Below are positions 11,829-24,295 of a stretch of DNA of 64,000 nt, piece after piece (positions within the stretch are counted from its first letter, which is position 1; every line of letters begins with the position of its first letter). Source of the stretch: Diplonema japonicum (Eukaryota; Protista; Euglenozoa: Diplonemea); the NCBI GenBank assembly GCA_964019335.1, contig OZ025683.1, positions 372,001-436,000 of the forward strand, written 5' to 3'. Under the pieces are notes generated by a model. It did not search any database and was not told the origin of the DNA. It saw only the letters and a program-made list of their open reading frames with translations. Made by a program: the position numbers and the translations under genes.

Positions 11829-12232
11829 GATTGTTGTTGATGATATGCTTTTTTATTATATTCCCCCCCCCCCTTTTTTTCATACTAGAAAAAGAGAGAG
11901 AAAAAAGGGAGGATAGCTTGGCTTTATTAAAGAGTAAGTTTGGGCAGCCCCCTTTTCTTTTTTTTACTAATCCCTATGAAAAAAAAATTTTTTTTTAAAA
12001 AAAAAGCGAAAATTTAGTTTTTTTTTTTTATTATTATTACCTTTGATACAAAACAAAAAACTTGTGCTGAGATAATCTATAAAAAAAAAAAGAGAGAGAG
12101 ATAAATTTTAAAAAAAAAAGAAAAAGCTTTTAACAAAAAAACTTCTATTTTTTTGTTAAACTTGTTTCCCTCCCTTCGTGAAAGTCAACTCCTATTCATG
12201 TCGGTCAACTGAATGAAACGTTTCCGGTGACC

Positions 12233-12276
<44 letters not shown>

Positions 12277-12379
12277 AACTTTGTCACATTAAACGTCCCC
12301 CCCCCCCCCTCGGTAAAAAAAATTCAAAAAAAACTCTATCTTCAGCATTGAAAGAAAAAAAAAAAAAAAAAAAAAAAAC

Positions 12380-13933
12380 ATGGAGGTCAGCATAAAAAAC
12401 AGCCTCTCCGGAGAGTGGTTAACCATCGTCGCCAGCGAGGGCGACAACGAGACAGATGTCAAGAACAAAGTAGCGGAGGCTGCCGGGCTGCCCGCCGACA
12501 AATTCAAACTGCTTCTCAACGGGAAGGAGGTCTTGGGGGGTATCTTCATAGCAACCGGTGACGACGAGCTGCTTATAGAACCTTCGAAACACCTCATCGC
12601 CCAAAAGTACTTCTCAGATATGAACAAACAGGCCGACATCCTCGACGCAGTACGTACCAGCAACCTTCTAGAAATTAACTACTGTCATGACCTGGACCCA
12701 ACCTCTGTCAATACAGCACACGCTCCAAACTTCACCACACCAGTATGTCTGGCAACACATCTGTGCCTAGACGAGGTAGCCTCACTTCTCCTCTCCCTCG
12801 GAGCCGACGCTTTGCAACAAGACAAACCAGGCTGGAACATGGCTCACTACGCCGCGTTCTCTGGGTCCATCCCACTACTCAAGCAAGCATTCACCGCAGG
12901 ATGCCCTATGCTAGGCAAAACAGGTAAAGGAATGACCGTCTTCCACATCGCAGCGAACAGAATGGGAACAGAAGTACTGGAATATCTCATGAAGATCGAC
13001 GAGGATAGAAAGGCTCGGGTCGGGGATACTGACAATTCAGGTTGGACGATGCTGCACTACGCGGCGAACTCTGGTAGGTTCGAGAACGCAAGAATACTAG
13101 TGGACACCTACAACCATCCTGTAGACGTGCATGATGTTACAAAACACGCTCCTCTACACTACGCGTCGGCAGCGGGCGATGTTGAATTCTGTTCATGGTT
13201 GCTCGGCAAGGGCGCGTCTGTAAAACAGACCCACGCGAGGAAAAGCACCCCGTTACACTTTGCAGCTCAAGCAGGCCACGCTGACATCACCTCTCTTCTC
13301 ATTCAGCACGGAGCAGATCTTACCGTCGTCGATAAAACTGGTAAAACCCCATTACACAGAGCCTGTATAAAACCCTCGATGGATGTGATAGGATGCCTCA
13401 TCGAACATGGGTCAGATGCATCTGCATTAGACAGCCTTGGCGACAGCATCCTGTCGTTGCTCACCGTCCAGTCTGTTCCCAGTGTTGACGTTGTAAGGGT
13501 TGCGTTGGAGAAAGGAGGAGAAAAAGCGGTTCGCGCAATAAATTCCAAGACCAAAATGACACCGCTACACAACGCTGCGAGAAGGGATTCTCTTAGCGGT
13601 TTAATTGAGCCTATGGTCAGGATGGGCGGGGACGTGAACGCCAAGGAGGGTAAGAATGGGTCCACTCCGCTTCACCTTGCATGCAGAGAGGGTAACGAGG
13701 GCTGTGTGGGTGCACTTTTGAGTTTTGCCGATCCAACCGTCACAGACAAAGAGGGGAACACCGCGTTGCATATTTCCATCGCTTCAACATGGCATCCAGA
13801 GGTGCCGCTCATGTTGGTCGGTGCTTTCCCGGAGATGAAAAGTATAAGGAACACGAAGGGTCTCACCCCGCTCGAGCTAGCTGACGCTCTATATCCCTCT
13901 ACTCATGAGCTAACGGGTCTTTTGAGTGAGTGA
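12380..13933 (+). CDS. Ankyrin-repeat protein with N-terminal ubiquitin-like domain
   Basis: Ubl-like N-terminus (VKNKVAEAAGLPADKFKLLLNGKEV); many G-x-TPLH-x-A ankyrin repeats. Confidence 0.9.
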   Translation: MEVSIKNSLSGEWLTIVASEGDNETDVKNKVAEAAGLPADKFKLLLNGKEVLGGIFIATGDDELLIEPSKHLIAQKYFSDMNKQADILDAVRTSNLLEINYCHDLDPTSVNTAHAPNFTTPVCLATHLCLDEVASLLLSLGADALQQDKPGWNMAHYAAFSGSIPLLKQAFTAGCPMLGKTGKGMTVFHIAANRMGTEVLEYLMKIDEDRKARVGDTDNSGWTMLHYAANSGRFENARILVDTYNHPVDVHDVTKHAPLHYASAAGDVEFCSWLLGKGASVKQTHARKSTPLHFAAQAGHADITSLLIQHGADLTVVDKTGKTPLHRACIKPSMDVIGCLIEHGSDASALDSLGDSILSLLTVQSVPSVDVVRVALEKGGEKAVRAINSKTKMTPLHNAARRDSLSGLIEPMVRMGGDVNAKEGKNGSTPLHLACREGNEGCVGALLSFADPTVTDKEGNTALHISIASTWHPEVPLMLVGAFPEMKSIRNTKGLTPLELADALYPSTHELTGLLSE

Positions 13934-14200
13934 TGATTTTTTTCCCCCTCCCCCCCACCGTGCAACAATTATTTTATCTAACCCTACTCTTTGTTGTTTG
14001 TAACAGATTTTTTCCTCCACGCCGTTCTCTCTCTTTTTTTTTTCTCCCTTTTTTTTATTCTCGCGTTCAGCACCGTCTACCAGAAGGTTGACAGATAACC
14101 CCTGCAGCTCACGGTAAAGCTCGTCCTGCGTTTCTGCAGCCAAAAATGTTGTTCGAGTTATATTTCACCCATAGGAGGAAAAAGAAAAAAGGGAAAAAAA

Positions 14201-15594
14201 ATGGAGCTCAACACGCTGACCGCAGTGTCCCCTGTCGACGGGAGGTACAGGAGGCACACAAAGGGCCTGGTGGACTACTTCTCGGAGTACGGGCTGATGA
14301 AGTACAGGGTCCACGTTGAGGTGGAGTACTTCGCAAGGCTGATGAAGACGATCCCGCACGGGAAGGACGTGACGGACGAACAGGTGGAGAAGCTGAGAGG
14401 GCTGGTGAAGAACTTCGACGAGGAGAGCGCGAAGGAGATCAAGAAGACAGAGTCCGTGACCAACCACGACATCAAAGCGGTGGAGTACTTCATCAAGGAG
14501 AGGATGGAGGAATGCGGGCTTGCCGACTGCAAGGAGTGGATCCACTTCGCCCTCACTTCCCAGGACATCAACAACACCTCCATCCCTCTTCTCATGAAGG
14601 ACGCTATTGAGAAATCGTACCTCCCTGCCGTGGAAGCGTTTCTAACAACCCTTAAGGATCTGATCCCGACGTGGGATGTACCGATGCTGGCTAGAACACA
14701 CGGCCAGCCAGCGTCGCCGACGAACATGGCGAAGGAGATGAAGGTTTTCGTTGAAAGGATTGAACAGCAGGTTAAGTTGTTGAAGGCGATCCCGCACAGC
14801 TGCAAGTTCGGCGGTGCCACTGGGAACATGAACGCGCACGTTGTCTGCTTCGGGGAGATCGACTGGAAGAGCTTTGCAAACAGCTTCACCAAGGAGTCGC
14901 TCGGCCTTGACAGACAGCAGTACACCACTCAGATTGAGCACTATGACAACATGGCTGCCATCTTCGACGCAATGAGGAGAATCAACACCATTCTGATCGA
15001 CTTCTCAAGGGACGTCTGGAGCTATGTGTCGCTTGAGTACTTCAAGCAGAAGATCATCGCGGGTGAGATCGGGTCTTCCGCCATGCCGCACAAGGTGAAC
15101 CCCCTTGACTTCGAAAACGCTGAGGGTAACCTTGGCATTGCCAACGCCATCTTCGACCACCTTGCCATGAAGCTCCCCATCTCCCGACTTCAGCGTGACT
15201 TGACCGACTCCACCGTTCTCAGGAACATCGGTGTTCCCTTTGGCCACACCATGATCTCTTTTGCCAGTCTTCAGAGGGGTCTCGGAAAGCTTATTCTTAA
15301 CAAGGATGCTATCGCCCGTGACCTTGACAATAACTGGGCCGTCGTCAGCGAGGCGATCCAGAACATTCTCAGGAGGGAGAGGTACCCCAAGCCGTACGAG
15401 GCGCTGAAGGAGCTCACGAGGAAGAACGAAAAGGTCACCGAGAAGTCCATTCACGAGTTCATTGGGACGCTTAACGTGACGCAGGAGATCAAGGACGAGC
15501 TCCTCAAGGTATGGAGAACGGAGTTTTTTTTTTTTTATAAAAAAAATGAAATAAAAAACAGATCACCCCTTTCAACTACATCGGTTACAAATAA
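14201..15594 (+). CDS. purB: Adenylosuccinate lyase, 2 exons
   Basis: LTAVSPVDGRY, TNHDIKAVEY, GSSAMPHKVNP and SRLQRDLTDSTVLRN; intron 15509-15561 gives the conserved terminus ITPFNYIG. Confidence 0.96.
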
Positions 15595-15982
15595 GCTGGG
15601 TGTCAAAAAAAAAAAAAGATTTTTTTTCTTCTTCTTTCCCTCTTTAATATATTCTATCAGCACATTGGTCATACCTCTTTTTTTTTTTCCCTTTTTTCTT
15701 TTCTCTTTTTTTCTTCTTCTTTTTTTTTTTTTTTTATATTTTGGGTGTGTCGTGCCTGTTTTGTAACGCATTAAGGCATGTTCATTAGTTTCTTTTTTAT
15801 TTTTCTTATTATTATTTTCTCTTTTTATATATATATATCCCCCCCCCCCTTCTAACAAAAATATAAAAAAAAATTAAGGTGTGCGTGAGGGGGAGGTTTT
15901 TTTTTTTTTTTTCTTTCTTCTTCTTTCCCCCCTTTATATATATATGACCGTTGGAAAAAAGAAAGACGACAAAATATAAGCA

Positions 15983-18841
15983 ATGCCCGGACATGACGGG
16001 GAACGGAGAGGCACCCAACTGGGGTTCCTAACGGGGTCTTTAATGCCCAACGACATAGACGACAGAACGGAGGAATCGATATCTATACTGAAAGGAATTG
16101 AATCACCGAAACCAAGGGACAGAAGAGAGAGCAGAATGTTCAATTCGACCGACGCTCACGGACGACGAAGAAGCAGTAGAAGAAGAAGTTCACTCCACCC
16201 AGGAAAACGATTATCTCTGTTTGAACCTCCTGTCATGAGCCTTTCCGCTTCACTCCCGATTAAACTCAACCCTGTCATCCCAACAGAAATAGCTGCTTTA
16301 TGGACAATGATCGATGTTCACTCAAAAGGATATCTCAACTTCGAAGAAGTCGAGTATTTATTGGACGACCTGGGCGTTGTCATGGACGATTGGAAGGAAA
16401 CAGAATTTTTTCACAAGGTAGACACCAACCATGACGGCCGCGTCTCGCTCGAAGAATTTAGCTCAACGTATTTATTTTTCAAGGAATCTGACAAGTTTCT
16501 CTACGCGTGGTCTTCTGTCCATCTAGCATGCAACATCGCTGCAAGACAAGGCATTACCGACACCTCAATCGCTGTTCGGTCATGGCACCGTTATGATCAG
16601 AATAACGATGAATGTCTAGACGAAAAGGAGGTTGTCTTGCTGTTGAAGGATCTCAACATCGAAGTCACCCCGGCAAGGGTCGCGGAGTTCATGCACGAGA
16701 TGGACACTGATAAATCGGGATTCATTGAATTTCAAGAATTCGTCGATCTCTTTTCGTTAGATTCTGCGGGGAATCTTTACGGCCCCGAACCACCACAAGA
16801 CCCATTAAATGTCATTCTCTCTGAGGTTCGTAACGTCCGAGCAGGCATAGAATTCTACACAAACAACAAGCTCCTCACCACGGAACAACGCGAAGCAGAC
16901 AATTTGAAACGTGTTAAAGAATGGTACGACCAGTACTACAGCGGAATCCTTCTTATGTACGGTCAGGTGAATGTCCTGATACCGACCTTTCTCATTTTTA
17001 TAAACGCGATTTCCTTTGAAAGGTCGTACGCGTGGATCACCCCTTACCTCCTCCTCACCGATCTGGTGTACTTTTGGTTCATATACATGAAGTTTAAACT
17101 GCCTCGTGTGAACCATTTGGGTCTGCTTGTCACGTCTAAAGAAGATATCCGCGGACAGTACCTACGTTCTTACGAGTTCGTGAAGGACATCATCATGATG
17201 ACACCACTCGATCTGATCGTTGGAGCGGTATGGGCACCCGGGTTTCTCCACCCGTTGTTTCGATTGAACAAATTGATTTTCTTGTTAGACGTTAACGAGA
17301 TTTTTTATAAGTGCTTGGCGAGGGTGTTGGGTCCTACATGGTGGAGGATAGCCAACGCGTTGTATTGGTGGAGCATGCTCGCACATTGTGTAGCATGTTT
17401 CTTCCTCCTCATCGCGAGGGAAGAAGGCGACGAAGGGACAAAAGTCATGCTCACAGTACAGAATTTTTCAACACTACCCGAATCACACAGATACCTCCAA
17501 GCCTACAGCTACGCCGTCAACACCATGGCGGGGCTGAGCAGAGGTACCTTCCCACCAGGCGATCTTCAACAAATCTTCGCGTTAATAACATGCCTGCTCG
17601 GTGTATGGGTGTACGCATTGATGCTCGCAGTCGTTGCCCTTGCTCTCTCCGCGGTGACTCAAAAATCCAAGTTCGCGCAATATCTCGACAACGCGAAGGA
17701 TGTTTTGATGTCGGAGACACAGGCTCAAAGATTAACGGAGAACTTTGTTGATGAGGCGTTGACACACCACAGGCACGTCTTCGCCACAACAGGTCTCATC
17801 TCATTGGACGAGAATATTCTTGAAGAAGTCCCATTGCAGCTCGACGTGGCTCTTTCCTTAGTACGTGGCCGAGACACTATATGTAAGGTTCCTATATTTC
17901 AGGGAGCGTGTGATGATGATGAATATGTCTACGCGTTGGAGCGGTCTCTACAGCCTCGTATTGTGCCGCCTTTGTATGATATAATAAGCGAGGGTGAGGT
18001 GGGGACAGAGATGTATTTTATATCACACGGGGAGTGCGAGGTTCTTGTCAAGAACACGCCTGTTCATTTGTTGAAGGCAGGGTCTTTCTTTGGGGAGATC
18101 GCGTTGATGGCGTCGTGCCCGCGTACCGCCACTATCCGTGCTAAGACGTTTTGCAACCTCCTTGTTTTGAACAAGGACAGCTTCAGTGCGGTGATGTCTA
18201 TGTTCCCGGAGCCTATGCAGCTTATCGAAAACCGAGCCCGCGACCGGATCCGAGCAATGATGCAAATGGAACGAGAAGAACGATCTAAAAAAATCAAAAC
18301 CGATCTGGGAAGATCCGCTTTACGATTGGCCGTTACTGCTACAAATAGAAACCCCGTTGATTTTTACCTGGAAGGGTCGGACAGTGATGAAAGCGATGAC
18401 AGGGCGGTTCGGGTTAAAAAGAATTCGGATCATGAAGATGAAGAAGAAGAAGAGGAATTTGCTTGGCTCGCTTCCCGTCCCTTGGGTGGGAATACTGACG
18501 AAACACCAAACACAAGTAGTGAAAGTTTGCCCGTTAACCCGCTTCGGAGCAGGCGAAGGATTAATCGGTCTGACACTGGGAGTAGCAATGCTTTGCGAAG
18601 GCCGTTACCCCACACCATGTCCTTCCCGGAGGTCCGGAAGGTAGAGTCGTTCCACACCAAGACGACTGGAACGTCGTCACCCATTACCTCGCCTCCAGCA
18701 GACAAGCCTCCGCCGCCGCCGCCTGACCCTTTTAAGGTCTGCCCTTCCCTCCCGCTGCCCACTGCGAGTTTCCCAAGCCCGCACTCGGAAAAAGAAGTTT
18801 TTTTTAAGTCACCCGAATCATCGTTTGCGACTAGCAAGTGA
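15983..18841 (+). CDS. Cyclic-nucleotide-binding-domain ion channel with N-terminal EF-hands
   Basis: EF-hand loops (DTNHDGRVSLEE, DQNNDECLDEKE, DTDKSGFIEFQE); multi-TM region; cNBD EMYFISHG..FFGEIAL..RTATIRA. Confidence 0.88.
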   Translation: MPGHDGERRGTQLGFLTGSLMPNDIDDRTEESISILKGIESPKPRDRRESRMFNSTDAHGRRRSSRRRSSLHPGKRLSLFEPPVMSLSASLPIKLNPVIPTEIAALWTMIDVHSKGYLNFEEVEYLLDDLGVVMDDWKETEFFHKVDTNHDGRVSLEEFSSTYLFFKESDKFLYAWSSVHLACNIAARQGITDTSIAVRSWHRYDQNNDECLDEKEVVLLLKDLNIEVTPARVAEFMHEMDTDKSGFIEFQEFVDLFSLDSAGNLYGPEPPQDPLNVILSEVRNVRAGIEFYTNNKLLTTEQREADNLKRVKEWYDQYYSGILLMYGQVNVLIPTFLIFINAISFERSYAWITPYLLLTDLVYFWFIYMKFKLPRVNHLGLLVTSKEDIRGQYLRSYEFVKDIIMMTPLDLIVGAVWAPGFLHPLFRLNKLIFLLDVNEIFYKCLARVLGPTWWRIANALYWWSMLAHCVACFFLLIAREEGDEGTKVMLTVQNFSTLPESHRYLQAYSYAVNTMAGLSRGTFPPGDLQQIFALITCLLGVWVYALMLAVVALALSAVTQKSKFAQYLDNAKDVLMSETQAQRLTENFVDEALTHHRHVFATTGLISLDENILEEVPLQLDVALSLVRGRDTICKVPIFQGACDDDEYVYALERSLQPRIVPPLYDIISEGEVGTEMYFISHGECEVLVKNTPVHLLKAGSFFGEIALMASCPRTATIRAKTFCNLLVLNKDSFSAVMSMFPEPMQLIENRARDRIRAMMQMEREERSKKIKTDLGRSALRLAVTATNRNPVDFYLEGSDSDESDDRAVRVKKNSDHEDEEEEEEFAWLASRPLGGNTDETPNTSSESLPVNPLRSRRRINRSDTGSSNALRRPLPHTMSFPEVRKVESFHTKTTGTSSPITSPPADKPPPPPPDPFKVCPSLPLPTASFPSPHSEKEVFFKSPESSFATSK

Positions 18842-19364
18842 ATGGGCTAGGACGGCCGCGGCCGAGTCTTGATATAGGTTGGTAGCTACTATACAATAAT
18901 AATAAAAAAAAAAAATTCTATAACGCTTACGTTCGCCCTTCATTTTTGTGTGTTGTGTGTTTTATATGGGCAAGAAAATTTTTCGAATTGGGAATATAAA
19001 GGAAAAAAAAAAAAAAAAAAAAAAAACTTAATAATAATAAGCAAAAAGAAATAAAAAACTGGAAGATATTTCCTTTTTTTTTTTAAAAAAAAAAGAAGGA
19101 AAGGATTAAATTAATTTACCACCCCCCCTATGTTTGAAGGTGTTTTTTTTGTTTGGGGCTTTTCGTTTTGGAACAATTTTTGCAATTACTTACTTCAGGC
19201 TCTTTAAGAGATTTGATTATGGTAAACAGATCATAAACTGAAGAGGATGCAGAGGGGGGGGGATGAAAGCTGTCCCTACAATATCAATCTAATTAATGAT
19301 GCTGTCGGCTTCTTTCATAATTTTTAAAAAAAAGGTACCATCGTTTTTTTTTTTTTTATTATTT

Positions 19365-19946
19365 CACTCTTCAGAAATTACTTCACGCACTGGGGGGCCC
19401 ATTACTTCACGCTAAATCTCATTACTTCACGGTGAAATAATGGCCTGTTTTCCGTGAAGTAATAGGGGGTTTCCGTTAAATAATATGCCTCGGTAGGCCA
19501 ATTTTTGCCTCGGTTCGGTTCCCAGTGGGGCTACTTTTTCCTCTCAGTTTGCTATTTCCCCCCAGGTTCAGCTCAATTGGTCAACTTTTGCCTCGGCTCA
19601 GTTCCAAGTTGGACTACTTTTTCCTCCCAATTTGCCCACTTTTGGCTAGGCCTTGTTCCCAGTTTCTGTGGGTAACTCTTCTGTGGGTAAGGGTAACTTA
19701 GTCAGCTTACCCAAGCTCCCCAAAAGACTTCAAAATACCGAAGCAGCAGAAAAAAAGGAGCCAGCGGCCGCGCTAGGTATGGGAAGGCCTGATTAGAGAT
19801 GGTGACAGTGGCAATGCCAGCGACAGCGGCAGCTCTTAGTCAACAAAAGGAGGGAAAACAACTTGTATTGTAACCTTTGTAACCCCTCTCTTGTTGTACC
19901 CCTTGTCACCCTGTTGTGCCCCTCGTGGTGAAGTAATTTCAGAGTG
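19365..19946. mobile_element. MITE-like element with CACT..AGTG termini and subterminal ATTACTTCACG repeats
   Basis: Left CACTCT(TCA)GAAATTACTTCAC vs right GTGAAGTAATTTCAGAGTG; motif at 19377, 19401, 19421 and inverted at 19453; ~50-bp internal direct repeat (19502/19586); no clear TSD. Confidence 0.6.
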
Positions 19947-20432
19947 TCGTGAAATAAAACCACTTACCTACCGCCAAGTAATGCTTTACCGACCTCGAGG
20001 TAACGGTAAAGTCATTACTTGTTGGCAGTAAATAGCTATTTTTTTTTTTTGGCGGGCCGTTGCTAACCACTTCGTTCCTATCATAGTGATTTTTTTTTTT
20101 TTTTTTTTTTTTTTTTGGTGGGGATCGTTGTTTTAGCGTTTTCGTTCTTCCTTGCCCCTCTCCCAACCATCTTTGTGATTGCCGCCTTTTTATTGGGGGG
20201 AGCAGCAAGACCAAAGTCTTCGGGCTTAGGTCTCACCTCACCTTAGGCAAGTCAAAATGAGACAGGCTGTGCATTTTTTTGCCTACTCACAAGTAATTAT
20301 TTTTATGCAAAACACAACACAACACAACGGGTAACAGAAGAATGCAGAAGGGTGTGCCAAGTGACGGGTCTAAAAAAATACTAGCGCAAAGCTGAGTACT
20401 TAACCTCACGGCACATCCTTTTGTCTTCTAAG

Positions 20433-20482
<50 letters not shown>

Positions 20483-20889
20483 TTCTTCGTCCCTGTCCCG
20501 AAGCCACTACCCTATTCGTTAGTTCGAGTTGGGATTACTGTAAAGGAAGAAATTGCCGTGTCTCCTTCTTTTCTCAGTGTTTACCAAACAAAGAGTAGCG
20601 GTATACAGCCGCAGTACTTTTGTTTTCAGAACTGTCTCCCCTCCCCCCCCTCAGAAAAGTGAAATATCAAATCTTTCTTCCCTTTTACTATGTTCGTGCG
20701 CTCGGCTTTTTTTTTTCCCGCCCCCCCCTTTTTTTTTGTCGTGAAAAAAAAAAACGCGCCTATGTGTTTTCAATATTTGTCAAAAGTCCATTTTTTTTTT
20801 GTTCCATATTTTATTCCGTATTTTTAGTTCCTCTTGTGCTCCCCACGTAGCCCGGGTGCCCAAAGGACCAGAGTTGGATTGAATCTTGG

Positions 20890-20929
<40 letters not shown>

Positions 20930-21324
20930 GACCCGGCTTCACGCAGATCGGCCCCACCAAAGTAGGCGGCTGCATCCTCGTAGGCCTTCACTCATGTGCG
21001 CATGAATGAATGAAAATGCGGTGTTGTTGGGAAGTAACACTAAAATGTCTAGTTTGACGGTGTTTGAAACGATATTGAAATATATTTGGGGCGTGGGAAA
21101 AAAAAAAAAGAAAAAAAAAAGAGGAGGGAAAAAAAAAAACACCCTCCCCCACTCCCTCTTACACCTTTGTTTGGTGACAAAGTATTTATTAGTTATTCTT
21201 TTTACCTGCTCAGCGTTTGCCATATTTTTTTTTTTTTTTAAATTGTTTTTTAATAATTGGTTCAGGGCAGGGCAGGAGGGGGAACTTTCCCTTCTTTTTA
21301 ATTTTTCTTGTGTGTGGCTGGTTA

Positions 21325-21357
<33 letters not shown>

Positions 21358-22679
21358 TTTGATCACATGCTTCACTAGTTTCCCCTCCTCTCTCTCTCCC
21401 CCCCCAAGAAAAAGATTTTTTGTTTGTTATTATCGGCTCCCCGCGCTTCATTACACCATCACTCTCCCTACATTATAGTTGTAATTTTTTTTTTCTCTCC
21501 TTTTTTCGCAACTGGCAATTTGACTGCTTCGATTCCCCCGGCTTGTTTTTATCGACAATTGAATAAATAGTTTCATCTTGTGGCTATGCCGTACCAAGAA
21601 AAAAATAAAAAAATGATCCAGACTTTTTAAGCGAAAAGGTATTACAATAAGTATGGGCCGGGGGGGGTTTTTTTTTGAATTGTTTGTTCTGATGCATGCG
21701 AGGTATGCACTGATTGTCACACTGACGGAAAGGATTATTTTTGTCAAAAAAAAAAAGATTTTTTTTTTCATCTTACAGTTCTCCTATTCATAATTAATAT
21801 TTCTGCCAGAGACTCGGGTCTCGAGTGAATTTATCCCCACCCCGCCCTCTTTTTTGTGTGTATGGATTGCTGCAAACGTCCTCCCCTTATCATGGCGAGC
21901 CCTCCCCCCCTTTTTTTTTGTTACAAATATTTATCTTTCAAAAAATGATTTTATAACTATATGCAACTTGTGCCGAGCAAAAAACTTTCGCAGCTTTTTA
22001 AAAATCTTTTTTGCTCGTGCGAACAACAAAAAAGTAAAATGCCGCCGAAGACTGCCAAAGCGGGTGGAGAGAGGGTTGGATCACCCACCTCCCCGCCTCC
22101 GTGCCAGACGCCAGGCCGGAGTGAGGCGACCCCTAGGCGAACAACAAAGACATATATAGTCATAAAGAATTATTTTTAAAAAAACGAAAATCCATGTCCC
22201 AGGTTAGTTCTCATCATCTTTATAGCAACACTGCCCGTAGACTTCGAGAAGCTCCGTTAACAGAGCTGAGATCGACGTAACGGTTTTAAGAAATATGCGA
22301 GAAAAAGGGAGGGAGAGCACATTTTTTTTTTCCTACTTTGAGTTTTTTACATTTCTTTTTTGTTGTTCTTCTTTGTCACTGTGACAAAAAAAAATTATTT
22401 CTTTCTTCGTTTTGCCCCCCCCCCCCCCCCCCCCCGCCCTTTTTTATTTATACCGTTAATGTTTGTTCCACCCAAACAACAACACTACTTTTACAACAAT
22501 AACAACATCAAAAAAAATCCCAATTTTTTTTTTCATTTCTTCAGATTTATATTTTTATTTTATTTTTTTTAAAAAAAGTTTTTTATTTCATTTTTCTTAG
22601 TTTATGTTTATGTTTCTCCCCCCCCCTCCCCCACCTCCCCCTTCGTATCTCTTCTTATTTTTCATCATTTTATACCTTC

Positions 22680-22713
<34 letters not shown>

Positions 22714-22740
22714 ACCACCAACTGTAAGGGGGGGAAAAAA

Positions 22741-24052
22741 ATGAAACTCGCAGTGAACACTGCAAAGCTCCTCCGAAATGTTCCCCTTCCAGACGAGATA
22801 GCCACTGTTCACGATGCAGCGGTTGTAGTAGATCTGGGAAGCGGAATGTTAAAAGCCGGCTTCAGCGGCGACGACGCACCGAGATACGTGGTCCCAACCG
22901 TGGAAGGCAAACCACAAAAAACAGAGGGAAAACCCGGAAAATCAGAACTCAAAGAAACCTATGTCTGCAGCGAAGCCTACAAGCTCCGAGAAAAGCTGGA
23001 CCTGGCGTACCCTATAAACAAAGGCCTAGTAACCGACTGGGGCGACCCACTCTCCATGAAGGATAGGACCGAGGGCCCCATAGAGAGGATCATCACCCAC
23101 GTGTACGACGATCTGTTAAAGGTGAACATGCAGGATCAGAACCAACCCCTTCTGTTATCCGAACCCGTTCTGACAGATCTGTCGCCTGCAAAGGAAAACA
23201 GAGAAAGAATGTGCGAAGTCCTCTTCGAGTCCCTAGGGATACCCGCCCTCTACATCGCCCAGTCACCAGTACTATCTCTGTACAGCTCCGGTCGGACAAC
23301 CGGCATGGTCATTGAAATGGGCTACGGCACATGCCACACCGCCCCTATATTCGAAGGTTTTCCCTTGTTCCACTCTATATTACAGCTGAACTTCGGAGGT
23401 GCAGATTTGACTAAAATGGTGGTTAACATGCTCACGGAACAGGGCACGAAATTTGCAAAATGCCACGAGAAATTTATAGGGGACTTCGTTAAGGAGACGT
23501 TATGCGAGGTTGCCGCCGACAGGGAGTCGTACGAGCTTAGCGTTGGCTCAAAAGACGATGAAGCCACACACGTTCTCCCTGATGGTGTACGGGTGAAGCT
23601 TGACAGCAGAAGGTGGTCCATTGCCGAGTCTCTATTCAGGCCGTCGCTTTTGCTTGGCGACGCCGACACCCAAAAGGGGATCCACCAGCTTGCGATAGAC
23701 TCTGTTCGAAAATGCGACCCCGACATCGCCTCCTCTCTGCACCACAATGTTGTCCTTTCGGGGGGTACCAGTCTGATCCGAGGCATGCCGGAGCGGATAG
23801 AAACCGCCCTCCTCGACCTCATCCCCAACGAGAAGGTCAAGGTCTATGCATCGACAGAGCGGTCCCAGGCGACGTGGATTGGAGGCTCGATCCTTGCGTC
23901 CTTGCCCACGTTCCAAGACCTTTGGGTCACTCGTGCTGACTATGATGAGTATGGGCAGTCGCACCCGGTATGTCATTTGATTTGGGAAGGAAAAAAAAAA
24001 AAAAAAAAAACAGGGGCAAAGGCGTCACATCATTCATAGGAATTGCTTTTAG
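22741..24052 (+). CDS. Divergent actin-related protein, 2 exons
   Basis: VVDLGSGMLKAGFSGDDAP, VVLSGG and WIGGSILASLPTFQ; intron 23968-24013 gives the actin-like end IIHRNCF. Confidence 0.93.
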
Positions 24053-24295
24053 AGGGTGGGGGGAGTTTTTTTTTTGTTGATGTGCATAAGAAAAAGAAAG
24101 GAGGGGAACGAAAGTTGTGGAAGAAATTCCAAAAAAAGAAGAGAGATGAGATGGGGTTGGGGGGGGGGGGGGGGGATCGGTAACTTTTTTCCCTTTTAAA
24201 TATAACTGAACTATTTTTATGGTTTTTTTTTTTTTTTTTTTCTCTTTTTCCTTCTAAGCCTCGGGAGCACCCAAACGATCTGTCAGGTGGGGGAG

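Noticed and set aside
19377-19463. CRISPR-like repeat array
   Set aside because: 11-bp repeats with ~10-bp gaps in mixed orientation in a eukaryote; better explained as transposon subterminal repeats
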